NCBI RefSeq assembly: GCF_036321535.1 | Contig: NC_087450.1 | Coordinates: 49,662,001-49,726,000 of the forward strand | Source of the DNA: Camelus dromedarius | Lineage: Eukaryota | Length of the DNA stretch: 64,000 nucleotides | Reading direction: 5' to 3' | Part shown: positions 38,195 to 49,987 of the stretch, piece by piece | How the letters are laid out: each line of letters starts with the position of its first letter | Position numbering within the stretch: position 1 is the first letter of the stretch | The notes under the pieces: generated by a model | What the model saw: only the letters and a program-made list of their open reading frames with translations | What the model was told of the DNA's origin: nothing | Databases searched by the model: none | Translations under genes and position numbers: made by a program

Positions 38195-38690
38195 AGCAAT
38201 CCATCAATCAGCAACTATCCTTGAGGGCCTGTTCCAAAGGCAGTGGGAGCCACAGAAGGTCCTTGACCAGATGACTGGCATATGGAAAAGGCCATCTGTC
38301 TTATGGAGATGATCGGTTGGCAATGAAGGCAGCTGGAGGGTAAAGCCAGTTAGAAGACGGTACAATGGGTTGGAGCATTTTGAGACTAACCGAGGCAGCT
38401 AACAGTGGATGTGGAATGCATGACTGTTAGAGGCCTTGAAAACAGAAAGAACAACTGGATTAGTGTTAAATGAAACACAGGGGCCCGAACAGGAGGAGGT
38501 AGGTCTGGAATCCAGACAACCATGTCCTGGAAATAAGGGAGCCAGTGAAAACATCAGAGGTAGAAAAACCAGAACTTAAAGCAGCCTTGGGGGCAAGATG
38601 ATGCAGAGGTTTGGGTAATGTCAGAGCAACCTAAGGATCAGGAGTCTTAAGTAGGAGCCTTCAATAATGAGTTACAGCTGGGGGACACAG
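38195..38690 (-). mobile_element. L2 fragment
   Basis: Reverse L2-like purine-rich text (ggcagtgggagccacagaaggtccttgaccag; gtaaagccagttagaag). Confidence 0.7.
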
Positions 38691-39254
38691 AGACCACATA
38701 TTGACTGCCCTACCCCACTCCCCCAGTCCACACCTCTCACTGCCCATTGAATTGCTCTCCCCTTAGTAACCATGGGTCTCAAAGCAGCTTCTGCAAGCCT
38801 TATTCTCATTGTTGGCTGCAATCTCCTGTGCTGAATTTAAGGCAGGGCAGAGGAAGTCGGCTGTGCACAGAGCCATCCCTATCTACATACCCCAGGCCCT
38901 CCCAAGGGAGGAAAAGCACAAAGTGTTTTGGAAATGTAAACACATTAATGGAACAGTCATCTATCAAGGCCACAAGAAGTACTGTGGATCCATGAAGGCA
39001 CAATTAGCAGCTGCAGAGATGACTGCCCCAGCAACACAGCATAGAGGCATTTACAAAGACATAGGGACATGGGAAGAAAATAAATCAGGGAGGCAAAGAG
39101 CAAACTTTAACCTTTCATAGCAGAGCTCTTTTCCTACAGAGTTGGGCAGAGCAGGTCAGAAAGGTGCTTCGGTTAATTCTGTATGCTATGAGGGTCCATT
39201 TTATCCTCTGCACTGTGTGACGTTATCTTTCATTATGCTTATTCTCTATGTTTA

Positions 39255-39700
39255 GTCATTGCTATTGTTTAATCTAACAGATGCTTATTGCATGCTTTGC
39301 ATTCGACAATGCTCTGCCACGTGCCAAGTGGAGCTGGGTAAGGGCGGAGGGTGGATGAAGGGAAGTGAGAGGACAGTACAAAGGAGGAGGCAGGGTGCTC
39401 AGGAGGGAAGCTTGGTTCAAGGTTCCAGGTTGAACCCTTGATGTCAGGGTTTGAAAGAATTCAATTCTTAAAGTCCAGCACAGCAATCAAAAGGATGACA
39501 GAAACAAATGATGGTTGGACGCAGCAGAACAAGCTATATGGAGAAGTCCCACTGGAAAGTACTGCAGAATCGAGTAGATGGACATGTCCTGAAGACCCTC
39601 AGAGATGAGGGAGAGTTCTCAGACCATGCACTGCGGATCACAGGGAACAAAGCCCTCTCACGGAGGACAAGGGAATGCACTGGGGCAGACAACGACCCCA
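39255..39700 (-). mobile_element. L2 fragment
   Basis: Starts with a reverse L2 tail (ttattgcatgctttgcattcgacaatgctctg); continues as degraded L2. Confidence 0.5.
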
Positions 39701-40439
39701 GGGCCACCCAGCAGCTCACCTAGGACCTTAGCAAAGCCCCCTGGGCCTCAATCTTCCCAGAGGTCCAAGAGAGGAGCTGAGCTGCATACTTCCTGTCCCT
39801 CCAGGCTAGCCCTGCCTTTTATCACTCTGTTTTGCAGCAAAACAGGGATCTGCTCTTCCTGACAACATTCTTAGTGACATTCATTCTCTACTCCCAAAGG
39901 ACAGTTTTCATTTCATCTTTGTCATAAAGCATCTTTTTTCTGATAAGTGAAAATATCATATGATTTTCCATCTACTCCAGGTCCTACCTGAGCTCACCCA
40001 TAAGCAAAATCATAAATTAAACGTACCCTAAAATTTGCTTCCATTGTCCTTCAAAAAGAGAATCATTGCTAGAGTGAGTGATCTGTATACATCCATCACT
40101 TCACAATGCTAACTTCCTCGGTGATCCCTCGGGAAAGAGGAAGCAGAGGAATTAAGGCGAAGGCTGATTCCTTAGGAGAAAGCCAGATCATCTTAAATCA
40201 GAGATGACCCACCTTTGCAATATGTCATTTCTGAATTTGTTTGCACATAATAGGAGAGGACAGATTTTCCTGATGTTATTTCATCATGGACCTGATCATA
40301 TAAACCTTAGAAATAAAACAAATATAGTTCAGTGATTCAAAGGGCTCTTTGACTCTCTAAAACCCAACTGGTGGGGCTCAATCTTTTCTCTAGGCTAGGT
40401 CTTTCTACTGTTATTCTGATCTGTCAAAAGCAGTTACTT

Positions 40440-40580
40440 CTCTGTGAGACCATTTCAAGGACAGAGATCACATCTGCATGGCCTCTGTGTTGACAGTGCC
40501 TAGCACAGTAGGTGGCACCGAGCAGGCACCCGGTAAATACCCATGTAGGTACCCAATGAACAAGCAAATGAATAAATGCG
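40440..40580 (+). mobile_element. L2 3' end
   Basis: acagtgcctagcacagtaggtggcaccgagcaggcacccggtaaata...aatgaataaatg. Confidence 0.8.
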
Positions 40581-40719
40581 GCAAGTGGGTAATGTCCTAG
40601 TTTAATAGGTCACCAACGGCTACTTTAGAAATTCAACAACATGTGCTTCCTCTGCTAAAGAACTCATCTGTGTGCCTCACAATTATTTCTAAATGGTGTG
40701 TGTGTAATAGCAAGAGCCA

Positions 40720-40930
40720 TGATTTGAGCCTCACAGCATGCCAGATTGTGGGCTGTTAGCTCACTTAATTCGCACAACAACCCTGTCGACAGCATCATTA
40801 TCTTCATTTTATAGAGGAGGTAACAGACACTAGAGGAAGGAACATAACTTGCTCAAGGTTATTTCCTGAGCCTAATTTTGAAACTCCGGACCCATCAAAC
40901 TCCAAATCTTGTGCTCTAAACTACTATGAT
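40720..40930 (-). mobile_element. MIR
   Basis: cacaacaaccctg...cattttatagaggaggtaacagacactagagg...aacttgctcaagg. Confidence 0.8.
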
Positions 40931-41344
40931 ATATGCCTCCCCAGGGGTAGCTTAACAGAATAGGTCAATGTCCCAGCACATGTTACCTCACAGAGGATTT
41001 TATGTTGATGAATCAGAGTAGCCAGTCAAAATGTCACCAATCCAGCATACAGTTCAAAGTCTCCAATGACTTGCTAGGTGACCAGGATAAAATGCTTACT
41101 TTTTGGATTTTAGGTTCCTTGTTTGCAAATAATGGGTATTAAACTTGGAAATCTCTTTCCAGAATATATTTTGACTCTAACAGGCCATGTGTTTTAACAT
41201 AATTTTTTCCCTCTACCAGCTTTTTCTCAATGGCTGCATCTCCTGTCACCATTCCTTGAAAATGTAGACACGCTTTCCGGTTTCAAAAAAGAAGACAACA
41301 GTAAAAACTTTGGGCTAAGCAGAGTACGAAAATGAATAGGAAAG

Positions 41345-41508
41345 NNNNNNNNNNNNNNNNNNNNNNNNNNNNNNNNNNNNNNNNNNNNNNNNNNNNNNNN
41401 NNNNNNNNNNNNNNNNNNNNNNNNNNNNNNNNNNNNNNNNNNNNNNNNNNNNNNNNNNNNNNNNNNNNNNNNNNNNNNNNNNNNNNNNNNNNNNNNNNNN
41501 NNNNNNNN
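41345..41508. other. N run, 164 nt
   Basis: Directly visible. Confidence 0.99.
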
Positions 41509-42669
41509 AAAAGGGGAAAAAGGAAGGGTAATGTATGCCAGGTAATAATTAGAGCCAAAAAAGAAGTTTTAGTGGGTTTCTATGATATAAAAGGAAGGAG
41601 TCAGGACTATGAAATAAATATTCATCTAGAAAACAAGATGCAACCTCACCCTCTGGCTTAACAGGAATCTGGAAAATAATAGTAAATCAGTCAATAGCAC
41701 TGAAATTTAGGCAATTCAGTTGATTGGCTACTATCATCAGTCTTCTCCTCTGTGCAAAGTACTGTACTGGGCAATTCTAGGAAAAACAGGGAAGTGTCAG
41801 CTGCATCCCGTCCTTTGGAAGCTCACAATATCATAGGTAAAATAATATCAAGACATGAAATTAACAAAAAAGAATTATTAAAGTACATGGTATGGGATGC
41901 CTAGACCCAGCACTGGACCTGACAAAAAGTAAATAGTCAAACAATAAGTGTTGAATGGGATTGAATTGAAATGGAACACACTGTAATACCAACCCTGAGT
42001 GGTTAAAGATCAGAGGATGAGCTGGTCCAGAGAGTTTCACAGAGACGATAAAATCACTTCAGGCGTTCAAGAACAGGCAAGATTACATATCAGTTGATCT
42101 TTAACATATTTAGACAAATATCTCCCAGGACTTATGGCTTTTTAAAAACCATGGTGGATAAAACTTAGAAATGTTCACCTTCCACTCAACATCCAAATTG
42201 TATATGACTCGAGACAGTTCAAGTACAAAATTCTGTGAGCATTTTTGGTCTCTTGAGAGTTGGGTAGCAAGATGCAGAGGCAGATTTCCAAGTCATCTTT
42301 TGGTTAGAAAGCTTTTGATACAGATTCTTTGTGGCTGCTCACTAAAGAGTTGCCCCTGAATGAAGGAATGAGTGAATGATTCCTTGAAAGGACAGTACTA
42401 CAGAGAGTTACATAGCAGCTGATGGACAAGGCTGGGGCTAGTTTAGATCCTTGGGATGACCCCTCCCACCTGTGACCTTCCGCTGCAGCACAGGTCCAGC
42501 CAGAACTGCCTGTTCAGCAGTGACTCCCACCCCTTCTAAGTGATTGAGCCCCTTCTATGAAACACGCAGATCAACCCTTCAATAGCAAGACTGAGTCCTT
42601 GCAATTTTCAGTGGAATAAAATCAAGCCCCTGATATTATCTAGGAAGTGGGCTCCAAAATATTCCCCTT

Positions 42670-42790
42670 ATTCTATCTGCATCACTTACTGTATTTGTAA
42701 AATGGGAATAACAGAGCTGTTGGAAGAAACAATTATTACAAGTGATTATGAAGAACTTTGCAATATGAAGTGCTTGTTAAAATTGAGAAG
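42670..42790 (+). mobile_element. MIR fragment
   Basis: atttgtaaaatgggaataacagagc...tttgcaatatgaagtgct. Confidence 0.65.
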
Positions 42791-43554
42791 TACTCCATGT
42801 ACCCTTCACAGTTCCCCCCAGAGTATGCAAACCCCATTTGTAGAAATATCATAAGCCTGCCTAGACAGCGAGTATTTTGAAGCGTATGCTTCATCGTTTA
42901 AATCTGTCATCTTGCAAAGCAGCTCATTATTTCAGAAATATGAGCATTTTAAAGTTGCCGCTGCAGTTCTCAATCACAGGTTTTCATTGCTTTTATTTAT
43001 AACAAGCCACCTTGAAATCTGTCTCCAAATCCACGTCTTTGCATACAGGTCCAAAACAACAGTTTTGTGTGAGCACATGTGTGTACCTTTCAAATGTGAT
43101 GTCTAGGGGATGTTTTTTTTAATTATCCCTGTTAGGATGGTCTTTCCCCTTTAGAATCCCCATCTGGTTGAACAGTAAGGGAGAAAATTAATTTTCTCCT
43201 GTACACTTCGTTGATATGAGCTTCAGTGGGAAGTTAACTTAGCTAATTTGTTTGCTTTGCATAATCATTATAATCACCTACTAAGTACTACCAGCAAGTA
43301 AGCGCTAATATGCTGCAAGAACATTGCAGGCACTTTTTATAAATTCTCCTTTTAGTCCAAGGAATGTATTTTTGCTTCCTTCCCTACCACAGGGAAACAA
43401 AGGGATTGAGAGAAAGTGAAGTTCAGGTAAAACCCTGAGTAAAAATAAACTCCGATTTCCCTGTGAGGGGGCAGCAGCAAGTACAAGGGAAGAGATGACA
43501 ACACAGAGAAAACAGACTGAACATGGTGGAGAAGGCAGTGTTCCCTACAGTTAC

Positions 43555-43760
43555 GTGTCCGGGCTCTGGAATCAGACTGCCTGGGTATGACACCTGCCTC
43601 TAGAACTTATCATGTAGGATTGGGAATGTTACTTAATTTCCCTGGTTCCCAGATTCCTCAGCTGTAATGGAGGACACAATAGTTCATACTTCAAATTTAT
43701 GTTGTGAGGATCAAATGCAATCCTAGGTATGGAGTACTTAGGAAAGTGCTTGACTTCAAT
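43555..43760 (+). mobile_element. MIR
   Basis: gggctctggaatcagactgcctgggt...ttacttaatttccctgg...ttgtgaggatcaaatg. Confidence 0.85.
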
Positions 43761-44053
43761 GTGCTCAAACAGGTTTCCCCAGTATGGATGGGACATATTT
43801 GGAGGGACTCCTGGAGGCAGGCAGAGGGCGCCCCCCTTTTGGGAGGAAGCGACACGCAAAACATTAAGCCACGCGCACCCACCTGTGCACCCCACCCCCC
43901 ACCCCCATGGAAGGCAGTGGGAGAAGGCCTGGTGGTCAGGTGTCCAGCTTTGCTACTTGCATTATGCCTTACGTTAGTCCAGACACCACGCCAGTTGCCT
44001 TACACTGAGACTTAATCCTGGGAACATAAAAAAGGGAAGATAGTAACGCTTAC

Positions 44054-44208
44054 CACAGATTTGTTGTAGGGATCAGTGGCGAGGAGGCGTGTGAACGTAC
44101 TTTGCGCACTGAGAAACCAGCAGCCGCAGACCTGGTGGCGCTGGTGCTCACTGCATATGGCTGTGTCTGTCTCACTCCGTGATATATCTAGTTTCAGGTA
44201 ACCCACAC
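44054..44208 (-). other. Candidate 155-nt exon in a CpG-enriched unique segment
   Basis: On the minus strand: ...gtcagtgtag | 155 nt | gtaagc. Only one frame is open (VGYLKLDISRSETDTAICSEHQRHQVCGCWFLSAQSTFTRLLATDPYNKSV). No homology recognised. Confidence 0.25.
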
Positions 44209-44719
44209 CTACACTGACAACAAAGTACAAGTTTTTATGGCTAATATGCCTGAGTATTCACCGCAAGCTTTCCTCCAAGGGCAGAGCGTGACACTGGGTG
44301 TGTGAGCCTTGCCCCCAGAAGCCCCTGCCTGCTGTGTTCCCTACAGAGGCCTGACGTGAGGAAGAAAGTCCTCGGGAGACCCTGTCCTTGCTTGTGCCAG
44401 CTCGATGGAAGGTGTCAGAATGAGTCCCCAGCTACGGTGGGGGGTGAACATGTAATGTGAAACGAGCAGAGGCATCGGAATTCAGAATATTCATAAACAG
44501 CGGTGCTCCTGTTTGCCATTCACTGATTGCCTCGTACGGTGTCCTCTCTGGAGTGGCTGCACCTGGCTGCCCCAGAGATATTTGTTCCAGTACTGTGGAT
44601 GAGGAAAGGGCTAACCCACCATTTTATTCAAATGATATTTATGAAGTGTCTGCCATTTGCAAGGGGCTATGCAAGACAGCAGGGATATGCCTGTGAGCAA
44701 AACCACAAGATGCCTTGCC

Positions 44720-46320
44720 TTTTATTCATTTAGCAAAGATGTTGTGATTATCGACTGTGTTCGGACACTGTTCTTGGCACTAAAAGCAACAGCAGTGAAG
44801 GTAACACAGTCCCTGCCCCGTGCTTCTTGGAGATTGCATTTCAGTGGGAGAAATGGATTGCAGACTGATTGTATAATTGAGTATTTCATTAGTTACCGTA
44901 CACACCATCAAAGAACAGTAGAGAACACCATGAGAGCATTTCACAGAGGACCTGACCTGGACTGAACACTCAGGAAAAGCTGCTTGGAGAAGACGAAGTT
45001 TCATCTGAGATCTAAAGGCTGAAGAGGCGAGCGTCGGGGGAAAGAAGGGGAGGGGAGGAAACCGTTCAGGAAACTAAACTATGTGGAAAGGTCATTCATT
45101 TTCCAAGACCTGCAAGAAGGCCAGTGTGGCTGGAGTGTGGAGAATGAGGGGCGGAGGGATGAGATGTAAGGCTGGAATGACAAAGCGGGGCTGAACTATT
45201 CGGGCCACCTAAGGCCACGGGAGGGGATTCTGAAATTGATGCCATGGAAATGGGAAACAGCTAAGGATTTTACAAGGTAACTTGCATAATAAAACCTGAT
45301 TTAAAAGGCTTCTCCATATATGTTATGGGCAATTGATTGGTAGGGAAAACACCAGATGTGGGAGTCATGGGGAATTATTACAACAGTCCCAGCTAGAGAC
45401 ACTGTTAGGTAAGACGAGGCAGTGGCTGTCGGCATGGGGACAAGAGGAGAAGGGAGGATATTTGAGAGATATTTAAGCGCTAGGCTCTTTGACTTTTTTT
45501 CTGAACGGGTGCATTAAAAAGACAATGATGTCAAGGATGACAACACATCTGGTTTGCGCACCTGGGTGCTCAGTGATGTACCATTCACTGAAATAAGGAA
45601 CCGTGGAAGAGATCCTGTGATTGAAAATGATGAGCTTACTTCTTCTTGCAGATTTAGGTATTTGTGGACTCCCATGGGGAGATGTCCAACAGATGACCTG
45701 GAACTCAGAGGTACAGAAAGAGGGAAATTAAGATTTAGGGGTGTAATGGGTGGAACTGTGTCCTCCCAAAAGATATGTTGAAGTCCTGACCCCCAGCACC
45801 TCAGAATGTGACCATAAGTCAGAATATGACCATGTTGGGTCATGGTGGATGTGATTAGGATGAGGTCATACTGGAGCAGGGTGGCCTCCTAGTCCAAAAC
45901 CACCATGCCCTTATGAGAAGAGGAAAAGACAGAGACGCAGACACACTAGGAGAGAGCACTGTGTGATGGTGAAGCAAAGATTAAAGTGTTGCAGCTGCAG
46001 GGCCTGAGGCCTCCAGGGGCTGAGAGAGGCAGAGAAGGGTCCTCCACTAGAGGCTGGAGCAGGCAGCACAGCCTGACAGACATCCTGATGTCAGACTTCT
46101 AGCCTCCAGAACTGCGAAAGAATAAACTGCTGTCGCGTTATCCACCTGTTTGTGGCACTTTGTGACAGCAGCCCCAAGAAACTAAGACAAAGAGTCATTG
46201 GCAACTGATGGTCAGTAAAACCACAGCTGTGGCGAGATCACCGACAGAAATAGCTTGGGGTAGAGAGGGAGGCTCTTAAGGTAGAAGAGGAGACAGAAAA
46301 GATGCACAGGTTCCCAAAAG
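44720..46320 (-). mobile_element. Long L2 fragment split by an MLT1 LTR
   Basis: Reverse L2 tail at 44720 (tttattcatttagcaaagatg); continuous L2-like text to 45741, resuming at 46190 (aagagtcattggc). Confidence 0.88.
45742..46189 (+). mobile_element. MaLR solo LTR (MLT1B/C-like)
   Basis: tgtaatgggtggaactgtgtcctcccaaaagatatgttgaagtcctgacccc...gacttctagcctccagaactg...cagccccaagaaactaagaca; TG...CA termini. Confidence 0.95.
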
Positions 46321-46426
46321 ATGTTTGTGGTGTCTGGCAAACAAAGTGACAAAGAGTTAAACTCAGAGGGTCAGCTAAGTGGTCCCCAAACCTCTAAGCA
46401 GCACAGGCAACAGACAGATGAAGATG

Positions 46427-46480
46427 ACATGGGGGGTCCACTTCCTGAACCTCACATGGGGGGTCCACTTCCTGAACCTC
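46427..46480. repeat. Perfect tandem duplication of 27 bp
   Basis: acatggggggtccacttcctgaacctc x2. Confidence 0.98.
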
Positions 46481-46744
46481 AAGCCAGAGGGGTCAAGCAT
46501 TCTTACTTTCAACCATGAAGAGAACTTGATTTTAGCAGAAAATCAAAATAAAGAATGTACGTATCAAAGTTTAATACCCAAAGTTAATTGGAGGATTAAA
46601 ATTCTCATCTCACTAGTTACACAAAAATATGAATTATTTTCATCAGTCATAGTATTGAGACTCTCAGCAGGTTGAGTAGAGATTATCAACTCTGTCTCAA
46701 AATAGAGTTACCAGCAATGTTTTTTGTTTGTTTGTTTGTTTGTT

Positions 46745-46870
46745 TTTAAATACCAATTCCTGGAGCCTACTTCCAGAGAATTCTGATTATTTTGTCTTAA
46801 GTAGGGTCCAGGTATCAGTATGTTTAAAACCTCCCAAGAAGATTCTCATTGTAGTTGAGGCCGAGGTCCA
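46745..46870. mobile_element. MER5A-type DNA transposon remnant
   Basis: attcctggagcctacttccagagaattctgatt...gggtccaggtatcagtatgtttaaaacctccc. Confidence 0.8.
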
Positions 46871-47079
46871 TGGGGAGCCAGGGCCCGTGTACTCGGCCTC
46901 CTCCTCTGTTTCACATCAGTGGATTAGCTCTAATTTGCATACTAACAATGTGCTCTTACCCCTTTTTCTTTTCTCTTTTAACAGTAAAACTAAGCTACAT
47001 ATGTACATGCTTGCATACTTGTATGCCTGTCTATTTAGGTGGTTAGGTCTGCTTTTAGGTGCATACTGTACAGGTTTAT

Positions 47080-47420
47080 TGATTTATTGATTAATTTAGC
47101 AAACACTGATTATCTATAAGGTTCCTGGTATTAGGCAAAGCATTGAAAATAAGACTTAGACCCTCACTCTGTGAAGCTCAGTCTGAGGTGGAAAAGGGAT
47201 GAGAGCAGGCTGCAACAACATGCTACAGTAAGTCTCTAATCAGGGATCAGCACAGGATGCTACGGAAATGTGGAGCTTCTAATTCTGCCGAGAGGGTCAA
47301 GGAAAGCTTAATAGATTAACAGCTTAGATTACTATTGTTTTAATCCAGTGCTAGGTAAGTGAGCACAAAAAGGACGTTCCAAGCAGACGGAATGCGCTGG
47401 ACAAAACTGCAGGTGTGTAA
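47080..47420 (-). mobile_element. L2 fragment
   Basis: ttaatttagcaaacactgattatctataaggttcctggtattaggc...ggtcaaggaaagctt. Confidence 0.7.
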
Positions 47421-47599
47421 GTGCAGCCTGTTACAGATCCGCCTAGTGCTCACACACATCACAGTTGGTGCATAGCAAGCGCTCAATACGCGTTATCCTT
47501 CGCTGCCAGAGAGCCCACGTAGGAGACGAAGCTAGATGAGAGATGGAAAGGCAGTCATGGAAGGCCTCGTGCGCCACGACAGAGCTTGGCTTTCATTTT

Positions 47600-47968
47600 C
47601 CAGACCAGTGCTCAGTCCGCCATAACAAAGTACCACAGACTGGGTGGCTTAAATGACGGGGATTTAGTTCTCATGGTTCTGGAGACTGGGGAGTCCAGCA
47701 TCAAGGTGTCAACTGATGTGATTCCCCAACAAGGACTCTCTTCCTGGCTCATGGATGACCACCTTCTCACTGTGTCTTTACGTGGTGAAGACAGCGAGCT
47801 GAGAGCAACCTTTCTCTTCTTACAAGGACATGAATCCCATCATGGGGGCCCCACCTTCATAATAACATTAAATCTAAATGCCTCCCTTCCAAATACCATC
47901 ACATCGTGGGGTTAGGACTTCATTCAACATATGAATTTTGAGGGAACACAAACATTCAATCCATAACA
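47600..47968 (-). mobile_element. MaLR solo LTR (MLT1A-like)
   Basis: gccataacaaagtaccacagactgggtggcttaaa...ggggttaggacttc...aacattcaatccataaca. Confidence 0.95.
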
Positions 47969-47974
47969 AGTACA

Positions 47975-48110
47975 TAAACAAATCACCTGGGAATTTTGTT
48001 AAAACACACATTATGCTCCAGTAGGTCTGGGGTGAGGCCTAAGATTCTGCATTTTAAGCTCATAGGTGATGCCAAAGCTGCTGGTCTAAGGACCATTCTT
48101 TAAGTCACAA
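47975..48110. mobile_element. MER5A-type DNA transposon remnant
   Basis: aatcacctgggaattttgttaaaa...agtaggtctggggtgaggcctaagattctgcattt...ggtgatgccaaagctgctggtc. Confidence 0.85.
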
Positions 48111-48154
48111 AGTTCAGGACCACGGCAGGGAGGAGATGGTACAAGCAGATGCAG

Positions 48155-48450
48155 ACTTTTTTTTTTTAACCTTTGCTAAGCAAAAAATTGAAACATACAG
48201 AATCTAAGAAAGGATAATAATTTAAGTCCATAATTTAAAATTTCTGCCATATTTACTTTAATCTGTATTTTTTTCTGTAATACTTAAACGTACATTATAG
48301 TCATGATATTTTAGCAGTAAATACTCAGTATTGCACCTTCAAAGATAAGGACATTTCCTACCTAACCACAATACCATTGCCACTTCTAACAAAACTGACA
48401 GTATTGCTAAATCTCATCAAGTAGCATGGCTCAATCTGTGTCTCAGGAAG
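48155..48450 (-). mobile_element. LINE-1 3' end (L1MC4/5-like)
   Basis: aaataaggacatttcctacctaaccacaataccattgccac-type motif (aagataaggacatttcctacctaaccacaatacc). Confidence 0.7.
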
Positions 48451-49229
48451 GTAATTCTGGTATCTGTGCGAAGTGATATTTTACCCCTACTTTTATGAGA
48501 AGGCATATATGAGTGCACATATGTCTATGTGGGAATATGTGTACATGCACCCATCTACACATATGTTCACATGTGCACAGATGTGTTGTCTGTGCTGGTG
48601 TGTGTTTGTGTTTGTATATGCTTAAGTAGACAGAGAAGAACTCTGTTTTAACACCAGTGATTGCCCCATCTCCCTGGCTCTCAGGTGGCAGCGGCTTGCT
48701 CTGTGGAGTCAGCTGCTCGGGGTGACCTGGCTGCTGCTTTTCTGCATGGTGGGAGGCTAAGTCATGTCTGGAACCCCAAGCGGTCCATTACCAGATGTCA
48801 CAACTTCTGTGTGCCCAGAGCGTCTTAACCTCAGCAGGAAAGGAAATATGACAAGACATAAAAATGTGTCAAATACATGAGGATTTGAAAATCAGGGAAG
48901 CATCTGGAACCCAGCTAGTTCATGCTGAGCAAGCCATTTGCACGAGACGAGGTTGTTGAAGGGGGGTTTTGCAGGTGAGTAATCCAGGTGAGACTGGCCT
49001 TGAGCTGCTCTTTCCTCAAGGCTCTATGAAGGCCCCAGGGTCCAGGAAGAAAAGACCTGCGAGTGAGGTGTTCAATGTGTCTGTTATCAAGAGAGAACTC
49101 TCTCGTAGGTGGAAGGGCTTGGTGTATCTTTCTTCTCTCCATGCCTCCCCTAGGCTGCTTGGCAGAGTCATATCTCACTGAAGTCACAGCCATGAGGCCT
49201 GAGATGTTGGAGGCTTTGCAGAGAAGAAT

Positions 49230-49550
49230 TATACCGGAAGTAATGAGCAGTTGAAAGTGAACTGATCTACCATACCTAGGGAACACCGACTCTCCCCATG
49301 AGTGCCCAGAGGATAACTTCCTGTCTTCTCCAGAAATTGTTAGAAGTGGCCACAGTCCTATAGAACCAATCCAGGAGTGATTTATTGCTTTAATAATATT
49401 GGAATGAGACTAATTCTGTCTGAGGGGAAACCACGTCTAAAAGCCAATCAGCAGCATGTTGGGGGCAGTGCGAGCAGGGGGCCCGGGGCTATGCTGCCGG
49501 GACCTCTCTCTGCCTTCTCTTAACTGCTCACTACCAACAAAACCAATGCC
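49230..49550. promoter_or_regulatory. Motif cluster: ETS, IRF-like and three CCAAT boxes
   Basis: ccggaagt at 49234-49241; gaaagtgaac at ~49254; CCAAT at 49366, 49444 (agccaatcag) and 49543, all in the same orientation. Confidence 0.3.
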
Positions 49551-49619
49551 ACTAGCACCTCGTGTGTTCCCCACACACTGGCAACGCCAAACACATAATT
49601 AAATACAGGCTTGCAAATC

Positions 49620-49790
49620 AAACAGATGCAGGTTCAAGTCTCAGCTCTGCCACTTCCAGGTGAGGGCTTCGGCAAACCACTTCACCTCTCCAAACCTCCT
49701 TTGCCTCTTTGTATAAGTGGAATGACAGCATTGATGGAAAAAATAACTGAGTTAGTATTTATTCTTTGGGTTATGATAATTACTATTTCA
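49620..49790 (+). mobile_element. MIR
   Basis: ggttcaagtctcagctctgccacttcc...ggcaaaccacttcacctctc. Confidence 0.8.
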
Positions 49791-49987
49791 AATTGAACTA
49801 AAGCTCACAGAGGACCCTGCCTGTATCTAACATTCTTCTGTATATCCATAAAACACGGTATTCAACCCAATAAGAGTTTAACACATGCTGGTTGATGTGT
49901 TGACATGTTTGCAAAATTTTCAGTTTATTTGCAAGTTCACTAATTCAGTGAACAAACGATGCTGTGTGCTTACCTCGTGTAAGCACA

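Noticed and set aside
45800-45836. Imperfect 18-bp duplication inside the MLT1 (cagaatgtgaccat / cagaatatgaccat), and a 15-bp duplication at 3601-3630
   Set aside because: Ordinary slippage events within decayed repeats.
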